This document shows, one piece after another, positions 36,801-50,060 of a stretch of 64,000 bases of DNA (its first letter is position 1; every line of letters starts with the position of its first letter). Source of the DNA: Psammoneis japonica (lineage: Eukaryota). The notes beneath the pieces are model-generated. The model searched no databases. It was not told the DNA's origin and saw only the letters and a list, made by a program, of their open reading frames with translations. The DNA is taken from positions 1 to 64,000 of the forward strand of contig QPGO01000125.1 of assembly GCA_008632985.1 (NCBI GenBank), in the 5' to 3' direction. The position numbers and the translations under genes are program-made.

Positions 36801-39448
36801 TCTGGCGTACAGAACAAATCAGTGGAAATTGAAGTAGATTTGACGCTGAACAAGCTTGGAGGTGCGATTCCAGCTAGCCTTGCATCATTTAAAGATATGC
36901 ACCTATACGTTGCTGGAAACCAGATCACGGGGATCCCTGATGAAGTCAGGAACATGGGCAGCTGGATGGGTGGTGAGGTAGAGAACGGCTGGGATGCCAT
37001 ATTATGTCCTCCCGGGAAGTTCAACGAATTTGGAAGGAGGGTTAATGACGATAAGGTTTGCGAGGACTGCGCTTTCCCGGAGTCCACCAAATTTTATGGC
37101 AGCGTCTCGTGTGGATACGACAATGTCACCTTATCCGAAAGGCAAGTCCTTCGTGAACTGTATCAAGCAACTGGCGGGAACAGCTGGAAATCTCGAAATA
37201 ATTGGCTCGAAGACTCTGTGGACATATGCAAGTGGCATGGAGTGCTTTGCGTTGAAGGAAAGGTCGACAAGCTAGAGCTAAGCGATAACTTGCTGCAAGG
37301 GGAAGTTCCTCCGTTGGTGTTTCAATTACCGTCGCTGCGAATCTTGGACGTTTCTGAGAATCCTGTCGATTTTAAGTTTCTTGGAATCGATGTGGCTACG
37401 AAGCTCGAGGAGCTGCATCTCGACTCCACCAACGTCATGTCGCTAGATGGCATCGGGAAGGCATCGACCTTGCAAACACTGCACATCGAACAAAACAATT
37501 TTGGTGGGGAGCTTCCCGAAGAGATCTTTGAGCTGACTGAGCTGAGAGCTCTTTATCTCTCTGACACCGGGTTCTCAGGTACGTTCCACCCAAAGACATA
37601 TCGTGTACAATCAGTCAACGCGTGTGACTTCGCAGAGCGGGACGCTCGCTCTTAGTTACAGCTGCGGCAGACCTCTAACTTCTATCTTCCTTCGTATGTA
37701 ATGTTTAGGTACACTGTCGGACAAAATCGGTGACTTGGTCAAGTTGAAGCAATTTTATTGTCATGGTAACTCTTTGAGCGGTGAAATCCCAGCTTCCCTT
37801 GGGCAGCTTTCTGACCTGGAGCATCTCGTGTTGTCAGAAAATTTGTTTTTTGGAACTCTACCCTTAGCCCTAAATAACCTGGATTCGCTCAAGCTCCTTG
37901 ATCTTGACAGTTTCACAAGAAAAGATTCCGGCATAAGCGGACCATTGATTTCTTTCTCCAACCCCAAACTAAGAGAGCTCTATCTTGGCGAGAACAGCAT
38001 CACAGGAACGATTCCGTCAAACTTCCTTTCTGGCATCGACGATAAGGGAGCGGTAATTGACGTTGGACTGAGGTCAAATCAAATTACAGGAAAGATCCCA
38101 GGCAGTCTGTCCCAGTTACACAAGCTTAACATTGATTTGGCAGACAACAAGATAACTGACATTGATTCCGAGCTTTGTGGCAAGCGAGACTGGATGAATG
38201 GTTATGTCGAGTAAGTCTTAGTATTTGGAACAGACGCCGTCGTCTTACCATGAACATTTCTAATCAAGTCTGTTGGTGTTCTTGTGCAGTGATTATGGTT
38301 GCAATGCCATTCTTTGTCCAGACGGCACATTCAACAAGGATGGTCGCCAGTCCACCTCTGGACTCCCATGTCTCAAATGCGACGATCCTGGCGCGTCGCC
38401 GTTCTTGGGAAGCATCACCTGTGCCGGCGTTCAAAAGGAGAGAGAGAAAGAAATCCTCAAGGAACTCTACAAAATGACAGGCGGTGATAGTTGGAAACAG
38501 AAGTCTAATTGGATGGATGATGACGTGGACATCTGCAAGTGGTACGGCATTTCCTGTAGAGATGGACTCTTCGTGGAGTCCATATTACTTGGATCCAACA
38601 ACCTCGTCGGAGCGACACCGAGTACTTTGTTCGAGCTTCAGAATCTTGAATTTCTCTGGCTTTACTCCAACCCCATCAATTTCAGGTTTTCGGGAATCGG
38701 AGGAGCTACACGGTTAAAGAGTCTTCTTCTCGATTCCACGGGCTTGTCATCACTTGAAGGGATAGGAGATGGTGTTTCTTTAGTTGACATTGACGTTCGC
38801 TTCAATAGCATCGAAGGGACCCTACCGTCAGAAATGCGTTATCTTCGCAACTTGGAGAGCTTTCTATGCGGAAACAACAGGCTCACGGGGGCTGTTCCAT
38901 CTTTTGCCACGAATCGCAGGCTGCAAGTTCTACGAATGGGCGACAACTCCTTCAACGGAACTGTTCCGTCGTTTGCTACGCAAAAAGGTATACAGGCGCT
39001 TGATCTTTCCGGAAACCAGTTGACTGGGAAGATTCCGCAAGATTTGTTTCAAGCTGCAGATGTATCAGGGTCGGTATTTCTGGACCTATCTTCAAATTCA
39101 CTTTCGGGGACTGTCCCTGGTGAGCTTTCCAAGTTTGAAGGCGCTACTCTTTTCCTCCGCGACAATATGATCGAAGGAATTCATTCGGATTTGTGTACAA
39201 AGGATAACTTCAATGGTGGCGATGTCGGTGTATATAATTGCGACGGAATTCTTTGTCCAATAGGTACATACGGACCGGATAACGGACGAGCGTCGCAAAA
39301 TGGAGATAGCTGCTTGCCATGCGATAAATCTGAGTTCTTCGGCGCCTCGGAATGTGGAAAGAAAGAAAATTTGAGCGCGGCAACAGGACGATATGGCGCA
39401 CTTAGCTCTTTCCTCGTGCTCTTTGCCGTGGTGCTTTGCATAGTCTAG
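30882..39448 (+). CDS. Giant LRR receptor-like surface protein, seven tandem [LRRNT cap + LRRs + Cys-rich] modules, no kinase, hydrophobic (GPI/TM-like) C-terminus
   Basis: Signal peptide; repeated E..IL..FY....G..W....W.....C.WYG..C caps; LxxLxLxxNxLxGxIP repeats; introns at ~33698, 33881, 34453, 36330, 36693, 37579, 38211; three 1-bp homopolymer deletions near 31131, 31222, 31921. Confidence 0.88.
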
Positions 39449-40281
39449 AGAGGAAAGGACCGCGTGTCCTTCGACTTACTGCGGTACTGCAAGTTATTCT
39501 ATGGTTTTAAAAATGTTCAATAAAAGTTCGGTACAAAAAACTTCTTGTCGTTGTCACTAGACTTAGTTGCTTGATTCGAGTAAGGAACTCAAAGATCTCA
39601 AGTCCACCTCAAAGCCTACATCTTCCCGATTTGCAAGTCGAAGCCTTCACAACGGAGTGTCATCCAAAGTTACTGTTACCTGGCTTGATGTAATCATCAT
39701 TCGCCCAGGTGTCACAGATTAGTACGGTAGATTATTACGACCCCGTGGTTGCATCATCTGCTAACTCTACCGGTACTCGGTAGCATTCTTAAAGAGAGAG
39801 AAGAAAAGACGGAAATCCTGAAGCCGAGATAGAGTGACTCCACGACTACACTCAAATAAATTGAAACTTCGAAGAAGTAGTACCGCGGCAGTGGAGATGA
39901 TCCCAATTTTACGAGTATTTTGTTCAACATGAATGGATAGTGTAAATGGTCTGATCCACAAAATGATTGGAGTGATAGGATATAAACATAAACAAGGACG
40001 GAGTAATAGATGAAGCCAGTCATTTGTCAAAGAGACACTAGTCATAGCAGCAAAGGAACAATGTCTCTGTCAAAGAGACCTACATAGAAAATTACGTGCA
40101 TTGGACAAAAAGGTTTCATATTTGGATGACTGGCTTCTTGACGAAGTCCGAAGTCCTCACATTATTTACGCCCTAAAACGAACATTTTTCGACCAACAAC
40201 TTCGGCACCACATTATTGCCTACACACCTACAAACTGTCACTCCCGAATTTTACCATCCACAATTGCGGTCAAGGAGCAAA

Positions 40282-41871
40282 ATGAGATACCTACGATGCT
40301 TGCCGTTGGCCATTACATGGTGTGCGGTCTGGGAAACATCGACCGCCTCACATCTTAGGCATGGCAGCGAGCGAAAAGGAGGTCGATATGGCGAGGATAT
40401 AGGTGCGATTTACATCAGCAAGGACGGTGCACGAAATCTCGTTGAGGTCGATGACTTTTCGAAGCTAAGCAGCCTTGACTACTTATATGAGGTTTACTTT
40501 AATGACGGGACGTATGAACCAGATGACAAAGAATTGCAATGCTTGGAAGAAAACATTCGCGTGTCGATTCCAATTCTTGAAGTGAATTACCTTGTAGAGA
40601 ACTTGGGATACGATCCCACCATCGACTGGGGAGAAGCTAACGTTGGTGAACTGGATGAAGAGGAAAGAGCTCGACTCTATGAGCAAATCAAAGAAGAGGA
40701 AGCGAAAGAAGAAGAGAGACTGAAGAATGAAGAAGAGCCAGAAGAACTTGATTCGAATGGCGATCCCAACGCAGCAACGCCGCAGCAGGAGGAGAAGGAG
40801 GAGGAAGTTGAATCAGGATGGAACTGGGGAACAGCCATAACATCGCCTCCACCCCCGCAACCAGAAGACAAAGAAGAATCCCACGGCACACTTGCAGAAA
40901 TAAGACCGAACGCTCCTACAAGCGATCGGCCTCAAATTGAGAAAAAGAAACCGCCTCCACTTTCGCAAACAAAAGAAAAAGAGGAGTCTCCGGGGACCCT
41001 ACAAGAAATAAGACCGAATGCTCCGACCAGCGATCGGCCTCAAAATGACAAAGAGAACCCCCCTGCACCCCCTCATGCACAAGAAAAAGAGGAATCTTCA
41101 GGCACCTTCGTGAAGGAAGAAGTAACATCGCGTAGCCAGACAAGAGATCGGCCGCAGCATGAAGGGAAATCGACACAAGGGGAACCAGATAAACGAGTGT
41201 CCCATCTTAATGTAGAGAAGCATCCTCCTCCCCAAATACCTACAGGCACAACTGAACACAAGAAGAGAATGTCAAGAGCCGAAAGAATGAAAGAAAGAAT
41301 GGAACGATGGAAGCGAGAGAAAATGCGGAAAAAGATGATCAGTTACGAGAATGGCGATGGTAGCAGTAGCAACAGCGACCGTCAGAGCCGCAGCAGTAGC
41401 AGTGAGAGCAAAAGTAAAAACAAGAAAAGCAGCAAAAGCAGCAAAAGTAGCAAGAGCGGTGACAAGGAAAGTGGAAGCAGTAGTGATAGACAAAGTCGTC
41501 GGGGTAGCAGGAGCAGCAGCGGGAGTCGACTCATGAGACGTTTCCTTCAAAAGCAACCTTTGACTCCTGCTCAGATTGCCAAAAGAAACAAGCGTAAGAA
41601 GAGAAATAAACGTCGAAGGAGAACCTTTAGGGTGAAGATTCCCTGCTCCTTGTGTACTCCAGATGACAATGACCAAGGGGGGGGCGGGCTTCAAGGGGAG
41701 CTCACACCCGATTTCCATTCATCTCAAGAGTTCAAGATGTTTATGCAAAAAGAATTGCAGAAGGCTCTGTTTCGCGACTGCCCAACAACGGAGTTATATA
41801 TGAGAAGAGGGGTTTTCACATATCTAGGAAACATCACAGATGCGGACTTAGATACGACTGAGTGGAATTAA
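40282..41871 (+). CDS. Secreted low-complexity protein (acidic, Pro-rich, Ser/Lys-rich) with internal repeat
   Basis: Single ORF; signal-like MRYLRCLPLAITWCAVWETSTA; EESxGTLxEIRPNAPTSDRPQ twice; KKSSKSSKSSKSG; RRFLQ. Confidence 0.75.
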   Translation: MRYLRCLPLAITWCAVWETSTASHLRHGSERKGGRYGEDIGAIYISKDGARNLVEVDDFSKLSSLDYLYEVYFNDGTYEPDDKELQCLEENIRVSIPILEVNYLVENLGYDPTIDWGEANVGELDEEERARLYEQIKEEEAKEEERLKNEEEPEELDSNGDPNAATPQQEEKEEEVESGWNWGTAITSPPPPQPEDKEESHGTLAEIRPNAPTSDRPQIEKKKPPPLSQTKEKEESPGTLQEIRPNAPTSDRPQNDKENPPAPPHAQEKEESSGTFVKEEVTSRSQTRDRPQHEGKSTQGEPDKRVSHLNVEKHPPPQIPTGTTEHKKRMSRAERMKERMERWKREKMRKKMISYENGDGSSSNSDRQSRSSSSESKSKNKKSSKSSKSSKSGDKESGSSSDRQSRRGSRSSSGSRLMRRFLQKQPLTPAQIAKRNKRKKRNKRRRRTFRVKIPCSLCTPDDNDQGGGGLQGELTPDFHSSQEFKMFMQKELQKALFRDCPTTELYMRRGVFTYLGNITDADLDTTEWN

Positions 41872-42256
41872 AGTTGCTACCATGTAATGGCAGGTTGATT
41901 TAGTCAGAGAGATTAATACTTTCAATACAAAGCACGTGTAGAACTATCACCATAATTGGTGCATCCTAATTATTCTGAAGACATAGAGTAGTTTGCAAAA
42001 CTTGTTTTCTCGGTTGCAGCCAAGTGACCCGCTGACTCTATCTGCCTCCGCGTCTACTTACCGACGAAAGTTGCTGCTGCTGCCGCAACACGAGAGAAGG
42101 AAGGAGGAGATGAAGGCATCTACAGCTTTGGGAGAGTAGTCTCTCTAGAAGTAGGAAAGGATATGGTAGCCCTAGCCTACAGTACGTGTCCGCTCTTATC
42201 GTCGAGAAATAAGCTGGTCCAAGGACCAACCAAGGCTGGACAGTCGAACGAGGATA

Positions 42257-42575
42257 CTACGAATTGCTGAACAATTGCGCGATACACGTGCCCGAACGGT
42301 GATTGTTGCTTCGGGCACGAAATTCGAGCTTCGCGCACGTAGAGACCGTAGAATATGTACCAGCATTCGAGAATGTCCGATTTGTGTAGATCACGTAGCA
42401 CCGTACCACAGAGGTCATTTCCTGAAATTCCCGCGACGACTCATACGACTCCAATGGTATTTTCAATACCATATACTATGTAGAATGGACATCTGCGCGA
42501 ACGATGATTGTTGCTTCGGGCAACGATATTCGAGCTTCGGGCACGTGTATCGCGCAATTGTTCAGCAATTCGTAG
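42257..42575. mobile_element. Tc1/mariner-type MITE, copy 1
   Basis: Perfect 40-bp TIR CTACGAATTGCTGAACAATTGCGCGATACACGTGCCCGAA; preceded by TA (right flank GG); related copy at 62222-62538. Confidence 0.8.
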
Positions 42576-42689
42576 GGGTCACCCTTCCGTTTTCAAGGCT
42601 TTGGATACGGCAGACAGACTGACGATACTCGCGTGCCACACATACACTACAGTACACACACTCGCACAGTTTGCAGTTGCTTTTCAGCC

Positions 42690-45600
42690 ATGACGTTGAT
42701 ACGTCCCGTCACACAGCGCCTTCCATCGTCATCTCAGCTGTTGGAGGAAAGCAATCTGCCCTTATCATGTGTGGTGACACCCTTTGCAGATGGAACATCT
42801 CTGGGAGCTTCCGAAGGGCACCCACCACCGTTGCTAACAAGCATACCGAAATGTTTGCACTGCGGAGCTCCTCATCCTTCCAAAGCAAGTTTTTATGCCG
42901 TGAATGGGTATGAATTGGTCTGTAAGCTTTGTCATCGACATAGCTCAACGAGATTTCGAGATCAGGAGGAGTTTCGAATGGCTGAGAATATGGATGCAGC
43001 CGTCTACTCACAGAACGCAAGCAACATTCGCGCGGCTGGATCTGAAAATTCTCGCAACAACAGAATTCCAACTCGTGAATTCACACTGCCTTTATGGAAC
43101 GATAAGGACAGAGCAACATATTCGAGTGCAGCCATAGCGTGTCCACCAGTATGGTGGATTGTTGTAGATGGTACATGCAAATCTCGCGCGTATTGGAATG
43201 CCGTTGAAACCAGCCTAACCTACTCGTTAGACAATGAAACGAAAAGCAAAATTCCTTCCCATGTACACGTCGGTTTGCTTGTTATGAATGCAAAGTCTAT
43301 CGGGGTGTGGGATTTGACAAGTCCCGTACCGCACGTGCTCAATCATTCAACCCTCCATGCGAGTCAGCAGCAACTAGATGAAAAACGAGACGAAGACTCA
43401 TTTGCGTTTGGTCTGAACTTGGTTCCAGCAGATTCACTACACTTGTCGAATATCAAAGCGGCATTGCGCGCTCTGGGTGATTGCACGGCTGTTTCACATG
43501 GCAGTCATGGAGACAGTAGCGTACAACAACATTCCCAATACCAGCATCGTCAGAATCGGCCTCCATTGGGTTTAGTTTTAGAAATCATTCTGGATTTCAT
43601 GGACAATGCTAGCCATCCCGGTCAAGAAAATATTCCCCAAAAGAGAGGTCATTCTAGACTTGCCTATGCCGGAGGCAAGATCCTATGCTATCTGTCCGGA
43701 CCAACGCAGGAGATGGAGATAGCAGGCCTTCCAACTGCACCGTCTACTTCTGCATCGAATTACAAGGGCGAGATAGGCACGGGGGGTTGCGGCGGATCCT
43801 GCGCTGAGTATGGATTGCGTTTCTCAAAAGTTCAGGCTGTGGAAGAAGAAGAAGAAGTAGAAGAAATTGACCCAACCGACATGACGCCCTCCAACTTGGC
43901 AACGCAGTTACCTCACACCAACAAGGACTGTCATCGCTACTATCAAGACTTGGGCACAATCTGTGCCCAGGCTGCTTTAGGTGTTGACATTTTGCTGCTT
44001 GTAGACCAATCGCCATCGACTGCTTCGAAAGTTATTGGATTGCCGTACTTACGAGCTCTTGCGGATAAAAGTGGTGCGCCTGGCCCATTGCTGTTTTCTT
44101 TTGATTCGGTATCCAACAGAGTGAAAGACGAGCAGGGGCTCAACAAGGAGGTCTTGTCCCGCACACCTTGGTACCGACCCATGGCATTTGGTTCATTATT
44201 TCGTGTGCGCTTGTCACCCGGTTTAACTATGGACAAGTCCCTTGCAGCCAGCGCGGATCATGACGACCACCTTGTTGGGGGCAGCAGAGAGAAAAGCGGT
44301 CCGAATCTAGCCGCCACGTATGGATGTGGAGGTTTGACGGGACCAGGTTCATTGGCAGCACAGTCAATTGAAAATCAGAACGACCAAGACGACGAAATGC
44401 TATGGATTATGGGTGCATGTGATGATACCACAACAGTGACTCTGGATTTGGACATTTCCGGCATTGTCAAGGAAGAAGTATACTTGGATGGGTTTGGCGA
44501 TGTAGCACTGAAGCCTTGCCTGCAAATATGTTTTGCCTACACCGCGATCATCCAAGATGAACACGGAGATTGGTTAACGGTGCGAAAGATAAGGGTTACT
44601 TCTTTAGCATTGACCGTTGCCTACGACGTTGAAAGCTTGTATGCTTCCCTTGATCCTGAGGCGTTGGCAGTGGTGCGTACATGTCGGATTTATTCGTTCC
44701 TCAATTTCCCACTTTCTTCCTCAGTTCTTATTTTGTGCTCATTTTGTGACTCTATGTGTGATGCGCGTAGGCTCTGTTTCACAAACTCACTCTCACTTCG
44801 CTACGTGATGGCTTGTTGGAAGCCCAGGTGGCTGGACAGTTGTGGCTGGTGTCGTTTTTAGTGTGCGTCTACCGTTCAGCCAAGGCTCATGCGGCTCGTC
44901 TGGATGAACAGGCAGGTCATGGTTTGACACCCGAAAACGACACTGCCTTTTATCCCAATGAACGTCTTTTGGAACGAAACGCCAGCGGAGGGGCACTGTC
45001 TACCAAGGATGTCCTTCTAGCTCAGGGTCACGAAAGACTGTCGTCTGTCACGTTTATGTTGTTCGCTATTCTTCAGTGTGATGCTCTCCGGCCTTCTCAA
45101 GGGGACTTTCAACCAACAATGGATTCCCGATGTGCTGCGTCTGCTCAGATGTTTGCTATGACTCCAGTATCACTCTCTAGATGTATCGCCCCGACATTAG
45201 AATTGTGGGCTTGTGGTGAAAGCGAGGAAGGTCCCGTGATGACTCACGTGGACTTGTCGCTAGAGCATTTAGAACAAGCTGTTGTCGATCATCAAGTTGG
45301 TCCAACCTCTTGCGATATGATTGTATTGTTAGATTCTCCACGGCAAGTGATGGTGTACAATTGCCAACTCCTCTCCGGATCGAAGAGGCCCATGGTGGAC
45401 CTTGCATTATCTAGTGGACTTAAACGTAGTGTTGACGCAGCTTGTTTGAGCTACAGAGTGCCCCCCTCACCTCTGTACGTCTTAACCGAGTACGATGTTG
45501 GTTCTTCCTCTGATAAAGAATCCTGGGGGGATGTTTCGAAAGCCAGACTTTTATCTGATGCTCTTATCCAAGATTCTACAACTGTGGATGGACTTGACAG

Positions 45601-45819
45601 CTTTGCGCAGTGGCGATCGGAAATCGCAACGCTGGTTCATGAGTGAGTATGGTCTAGAGCAGTTGCGGTTACCTTGCGTGATGTACTGTGAATGTCTCTA
45701 ATGTTTTTGTCACTCTGTCGCTTGGAAAATTGAATAGAGAACTATTGCAGGAGGTATCTAGAGCTAAGGATATCTTCTTAAAATGCGGCATCCCGGATAT
45801 CACTGAAAGTGCGCAATGA
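42690..45819 (+). CDS. Sec23/Sec24-like protein (zinc finger, trunk and helical domains)
   Basis: RLPSS...LPLSCVVTPF, CLHC...CKLC zinc finger, vWA-like trunk, RVRLSPG, RKIRVTS; introns 44673-44770 and 45643-45737. Confidence 0.75.
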
Positions 45820-47939
45820 CAACCGTTTAATATGGTCAAGCCCAGGACAATCCCTGGAGTTCTCGTTAGTGCTACAGGTCTCTACTAGTAGAGAGGACTG
45901 TTGGAGTGGTACTTACTTACTGCGTGTGAGAGAACAGTGCGTTCGTGAGAGATAGACTCTACATATTAGCTACTGTTCTAGAGAGCTAGCTAGCTCTAGT
46001 AGCTATCTTGTGGTTTGTGGTCGATGACATCGACCGGAAATTCGGTACGGTGAGCTGGCGAACTCTACAAGACTGTCCGCTGGTTTCAAAACCAGCGAAC
46101 CCCGAACTGATCAATGGCCGATCTCATTGCGATTCGCACTGTAGGCCTGAGGCCTCTGTTACTAGATTTTACCTTTCTCGCTCTGTCTTACGAGTATCTA
46201 TAAATCCACATGATGACGCATAAGTTCTTTGATCGAGACTGCACATCGTTGCCTTCACCATTTGGGCATTTGGAGTCGAAGGGCCTCTGTCACCTTCTTG
46301 TGCTGTCTCTTCTCAAGAACCTTTGCTGACACATCACGCCCAGATGGAGGTGGGCAGTTCAGAGGATTTTTGCCGCTGCCCTTCCAAATTTTGTCGTCAT
46401 GCGGGTTCCATGAAGACCTTTGACGGTGACACGAGGGGTGAAGAGCCAATGGCCGGCATCAAAACTGGTTGATGGAAGCTTTTTGGGGCATGTTTCTTCC
46501 TGCAATTCTGTCTTTGTCGGCACTGGTTCGATTGGACATCCGGCTCTCTTGGCATTGACCATTCTCCACTGTTTTGCTCTTGGCTGCTTTTTTTTTTAGC
46601 ACTGGGCGCTTGTTGTTGCCCCCTGTCATCTGCAGACGCTGGCCCCTCCACCGAGCACACTCTCAGGGGTTGGAGGAGGAGTCAGTCCTGGGCTCAATTT
46701 TGCACTGTGCTCCACAGCGCTCCTGCTGTTGTTCCATTGTTGCCATCTTCATGGAAGTAAAAAATCTGCATTCTCAGAGCTTTTATTTGCCAGAAATTGA
46801 AGTTTGTGTTTGAGCCATTTGCTTTGTGCTGTGCTTTGTGAAAGCCAATTTTTGAGTGAGAACAAAGAGGTTTCTTCATTGTCACATGGATTGACCACAT
46901 GTGGGACACATTTCATTCAATGACAAATCCATTGGATGACATGTGATGCCCAACAACATTGCCAGTGAGATTCCCATGTGTGTGGAGGACATTCAACAAG
47001 TCATGGGTGAAACAGATCAAGCTGGATGCAATGGGCAGCAAGTGGAGACAGCAAGATCATCTGGTGACCATGATGCTGTTTGATGATGGTTCACCGGCAG
47101 CAGACATTGCAGTCATTGCCCTTGAATCCAATCAAGGTGACAAGCTGGAATGTTGGAGAGGTTTGCATGACATGACTTGGGTGGTTTTTGAAACACATGC
47201 AAAGAAAGCTCTCATTGTTGGGACACTTTTTTGCACATTTGGTGGTTGTTTTCAACCTGCTGGAGTTTTGCAATGGCGATGGATCAACTGCTGTGAGCCA
47301 TGACCTGCCAACAGAAAAAGGTTCAGAGCTGCTGGCATCAGCCCTCAAGATCACTCTCAAGAGTGTCTGTCTGACCAAATGCACTGGCCACTGGGAGCAT
47401 TTGCTTTTGATTTTATTTGTTGGCATTTGCTGGCATTTTTTGCACCGGCATGGTGTGTTGTGAGTGCTCAAATTTCTGCTGTCATGCCTCACTTGACAGT
47501 CTACAACAACCTGCCATTGCAGGCACTGCTTGCTTGCAGCGTGATGATCATTGGGGACCACAACAACAAAGGCTGCTCAGAAAATGCTGAAAGTCATCAT
47601 GCCGCATCTGGCCAGGCATCCAACAACATTCCTGGAAGTCAGACTCTGTGTCTGCCAACATCAGAACAAAATGCAGCATTGTCACATTGCAAACACAGAA
47701 CCACTCATTTCTTTTGGCACACACTCTGGAGCTGCATCTGACAAAGGGGGGTTTGGCAGCAATGGCTCAACAACAAGAATCTCATCAAGACCAATCATTG
47801 GACAAACTGAGGTCTTCCCTGCCTCTCATCTTTCCCACAGCAGCACCGTCCAATCTAACGCAACGAGTGTCTCTGCCATTTGAACAATTTTTGAAAATTT
47901 TGCATGTCATGGTGACATCGCCAATGGCTTGCAAAAAAC

Positions 47940-48600
47940 ATGAGCAAGAAGTCATGTTGTCTTGGGTTTTCACTTCAAGCAATCACCATGAGGAATCAAA
48001 GCATTGGCTGCTGCTGTCTGTCATCTTCCTGTTGTTCATTGGATTGGCTGTGGCTGCAACAAAAAAACAAAGTTTCCTTCCCAAAAAATTTTGCAATGAA
48101 AAGGTGGTTGAGGTCAAAGTTGTTGAGGTGAAGAACAGCATTTCTCAATGGCATGCCATTGCCACTGGGCTGGTTCTTGCCTTCAATGCAGGATGCTTCA
48201 ATGGGTGCTGCCTTGCTGGGAGCATTGCAGAAGGGACAAAACAAGCAGTTGTGGCAATGATGGGGTCTTGGACAAACTCAGCAACAGGACTGGCAACAAA
48301 GAATGTGATGCCATTCAAGATGCAAGTGTTCATGATTTGAGGTTGTTGTGGCGGATCTGTCATTGCTGGTTCACTCAATCCAACCCAAGCCATTTGCACT
48401 GGCTCCATCAACTGGGGGAGTGTTGTTGCTGTGCAGTGCACCAGCACATGTGAGCACATTGATGGTCATTGCTGATGGAAGTCAGGCAGCAACAGCAATT
48501 TTCATTTTGGCAGCAATTGCCAATGGGGTTCAAAACAGCATCACATTGGTCCATTTGTTGGTCAATCTGATTTGCTCAACACATCACGCACCGGCATGTG
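47940..48600 (+). pseudogene. Decayed DUF1275/YoaK-like membrane protein gene
   Basis: GLVLAFNAG(C)FNGCCL...V.AM.GSWTNSA...AIANGVQNSIT....NLI.STH, with frameshifts. Confidence 0.55.
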
Positions 48601-48689
48601 CACACAAGATTCTTGAGTTGCCCAAATGCATTGCACAAAAACATGCAGTTAAATCCATTGGACACCATCTGTTGGCAACTTCAACAGAC

Positions 48690-49150
48690 AGAACTGAGCT
48701 CTGGCCAAAAGGGAAATTCTTCCTTGGTGGTGCATTGACAGCAACTTTGCAGGAATGGGGCACAAAAATTTTGCACATCTGCTCCACCCACCTCTCTGGA
48801 TCAGGGTGTGTTGTCACATTTTCAGGCTGTCCAATTTGTTGGAAGAGCAAATTGCACACAGAGAGACAGCTCTGTCATCAACTGAGGCTGGACTCACTCT
48901 TGCGCTGTCACAGTGCCAGCGCAAGCCACTTGCAAATGACAAAGGTGTCAGGAAAGCTGTCAAAAACCCTGGATTTTGAAGAGGCAGATTCTGACATTGA
49001 GTCTGGTTCTCTGGAAGCTTGTGTGTCACTCTGCAAACTTCCCCCACAGCACATGAAAACAATGCCGGGGGTGCATTGCACTGGCCACATCTGATGAGCT
49101 GTGCAGAGATGAAGAGCTGAGCTCACAAGCATCAAATGCAGGTGCACTTG
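48690..49150 (+). mobile_element. Ty1/Copia RNase H remnant
   Basis: SG(C)VVTFSGCPI(C)WKSKL.TE.ALSSTEA...ALSQ across frames. Confidence 0.7.
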
Positions 49151-49399
49151 ATGACACCACAAGAAAAGAGGCACTGCAAAGGTGGCAAAAGTTGGCGCCC
49201 ACTGCAGCTGGGTGACCTGGGCAATCTCAGGGGATGCTCTCCAGAGGCTTGGCAAAGATGCTGCTCATTTAGCTTGGCTTCTCTTGCAGCACTTGTCAGA
49301 GCCCTCCTTGTCATGAAGGAGTGCAGCCAGTGGACGGGTGGGACACAGCTCATGTTGACTCCGCAGCTGATGACAAAGATGCCTCTCAGGATGTGAAAA

Positions 49400-50060
49400 G
49401 GTTGCAAGGTGCAAAAAGCTGCAGGGTGCAGGATTTGCAGGAAAACTGCTGTGTGCAAAAAGCTGTGGGGTGCACAATTTGCAGAGAAACTGGTTGCAAG
49501 GAGCAAAAAGCTGCAGGGTGCAGGACATGCAGAAAACTCCTGCAAGGAGCAAAATGATGAGGGGCATGGGATTTTTAAAAACCGCAGGGTGCAAACAGCT
49601 GCAGGGTGCAGGATTGGCAGAAAAACTGCAGTGTGCAAAAGGCTGCAGGGTGCAGGACTTGCAGAAAAGCTGCAGAGCGCAAAAAGCTGCAGGGTGCAGG
49701 ATTTGCAAAAAACTGTGTGGCACAAAAAACGGTGCAGAGGAGCAGGCTTTGCAAAAATCTGTGAAGAGCAAAAAGCTGTGGGGTGCAGGATTTGCAGAAA
49801 AACTGAGGGATGCAAAAAGCTGCAGGGTGCAGGATTTGCAGCAAAACTGAGGGGCGCAAAAAGCTGTGAGGTGCAGGATTTGCAAAAAACTGTGAGGATC
49901 AAAAAGCTGTGGAGCACAGGATTTGCAGAAAAACTGCAAGAAGCAAAAAGCTGCAGGGGGCACAGGAACTGCAGAAAAACTGCAAGAAGCAAAATCTGCT
50001 GGTGCAGGATTGCAAAAAGCTTGCAGAAAAATTGCTGCATGGTGCAAAAAGCTGTGCAGG
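49400..50060. repeat. Minisatellite, ~34-35-bp unit (AAAAAGCTGCAGGGTGCAGGATTTGCAGAAAAACTG-like)
   Basis: Many degenerate tandem copies visible. Confidence 0.9.

Noticed and set aside
49400..50060. CRISPR-like array
   Set aside because: No unique spacers, degenerate tandem units, eukaryotic context and no cas genes.
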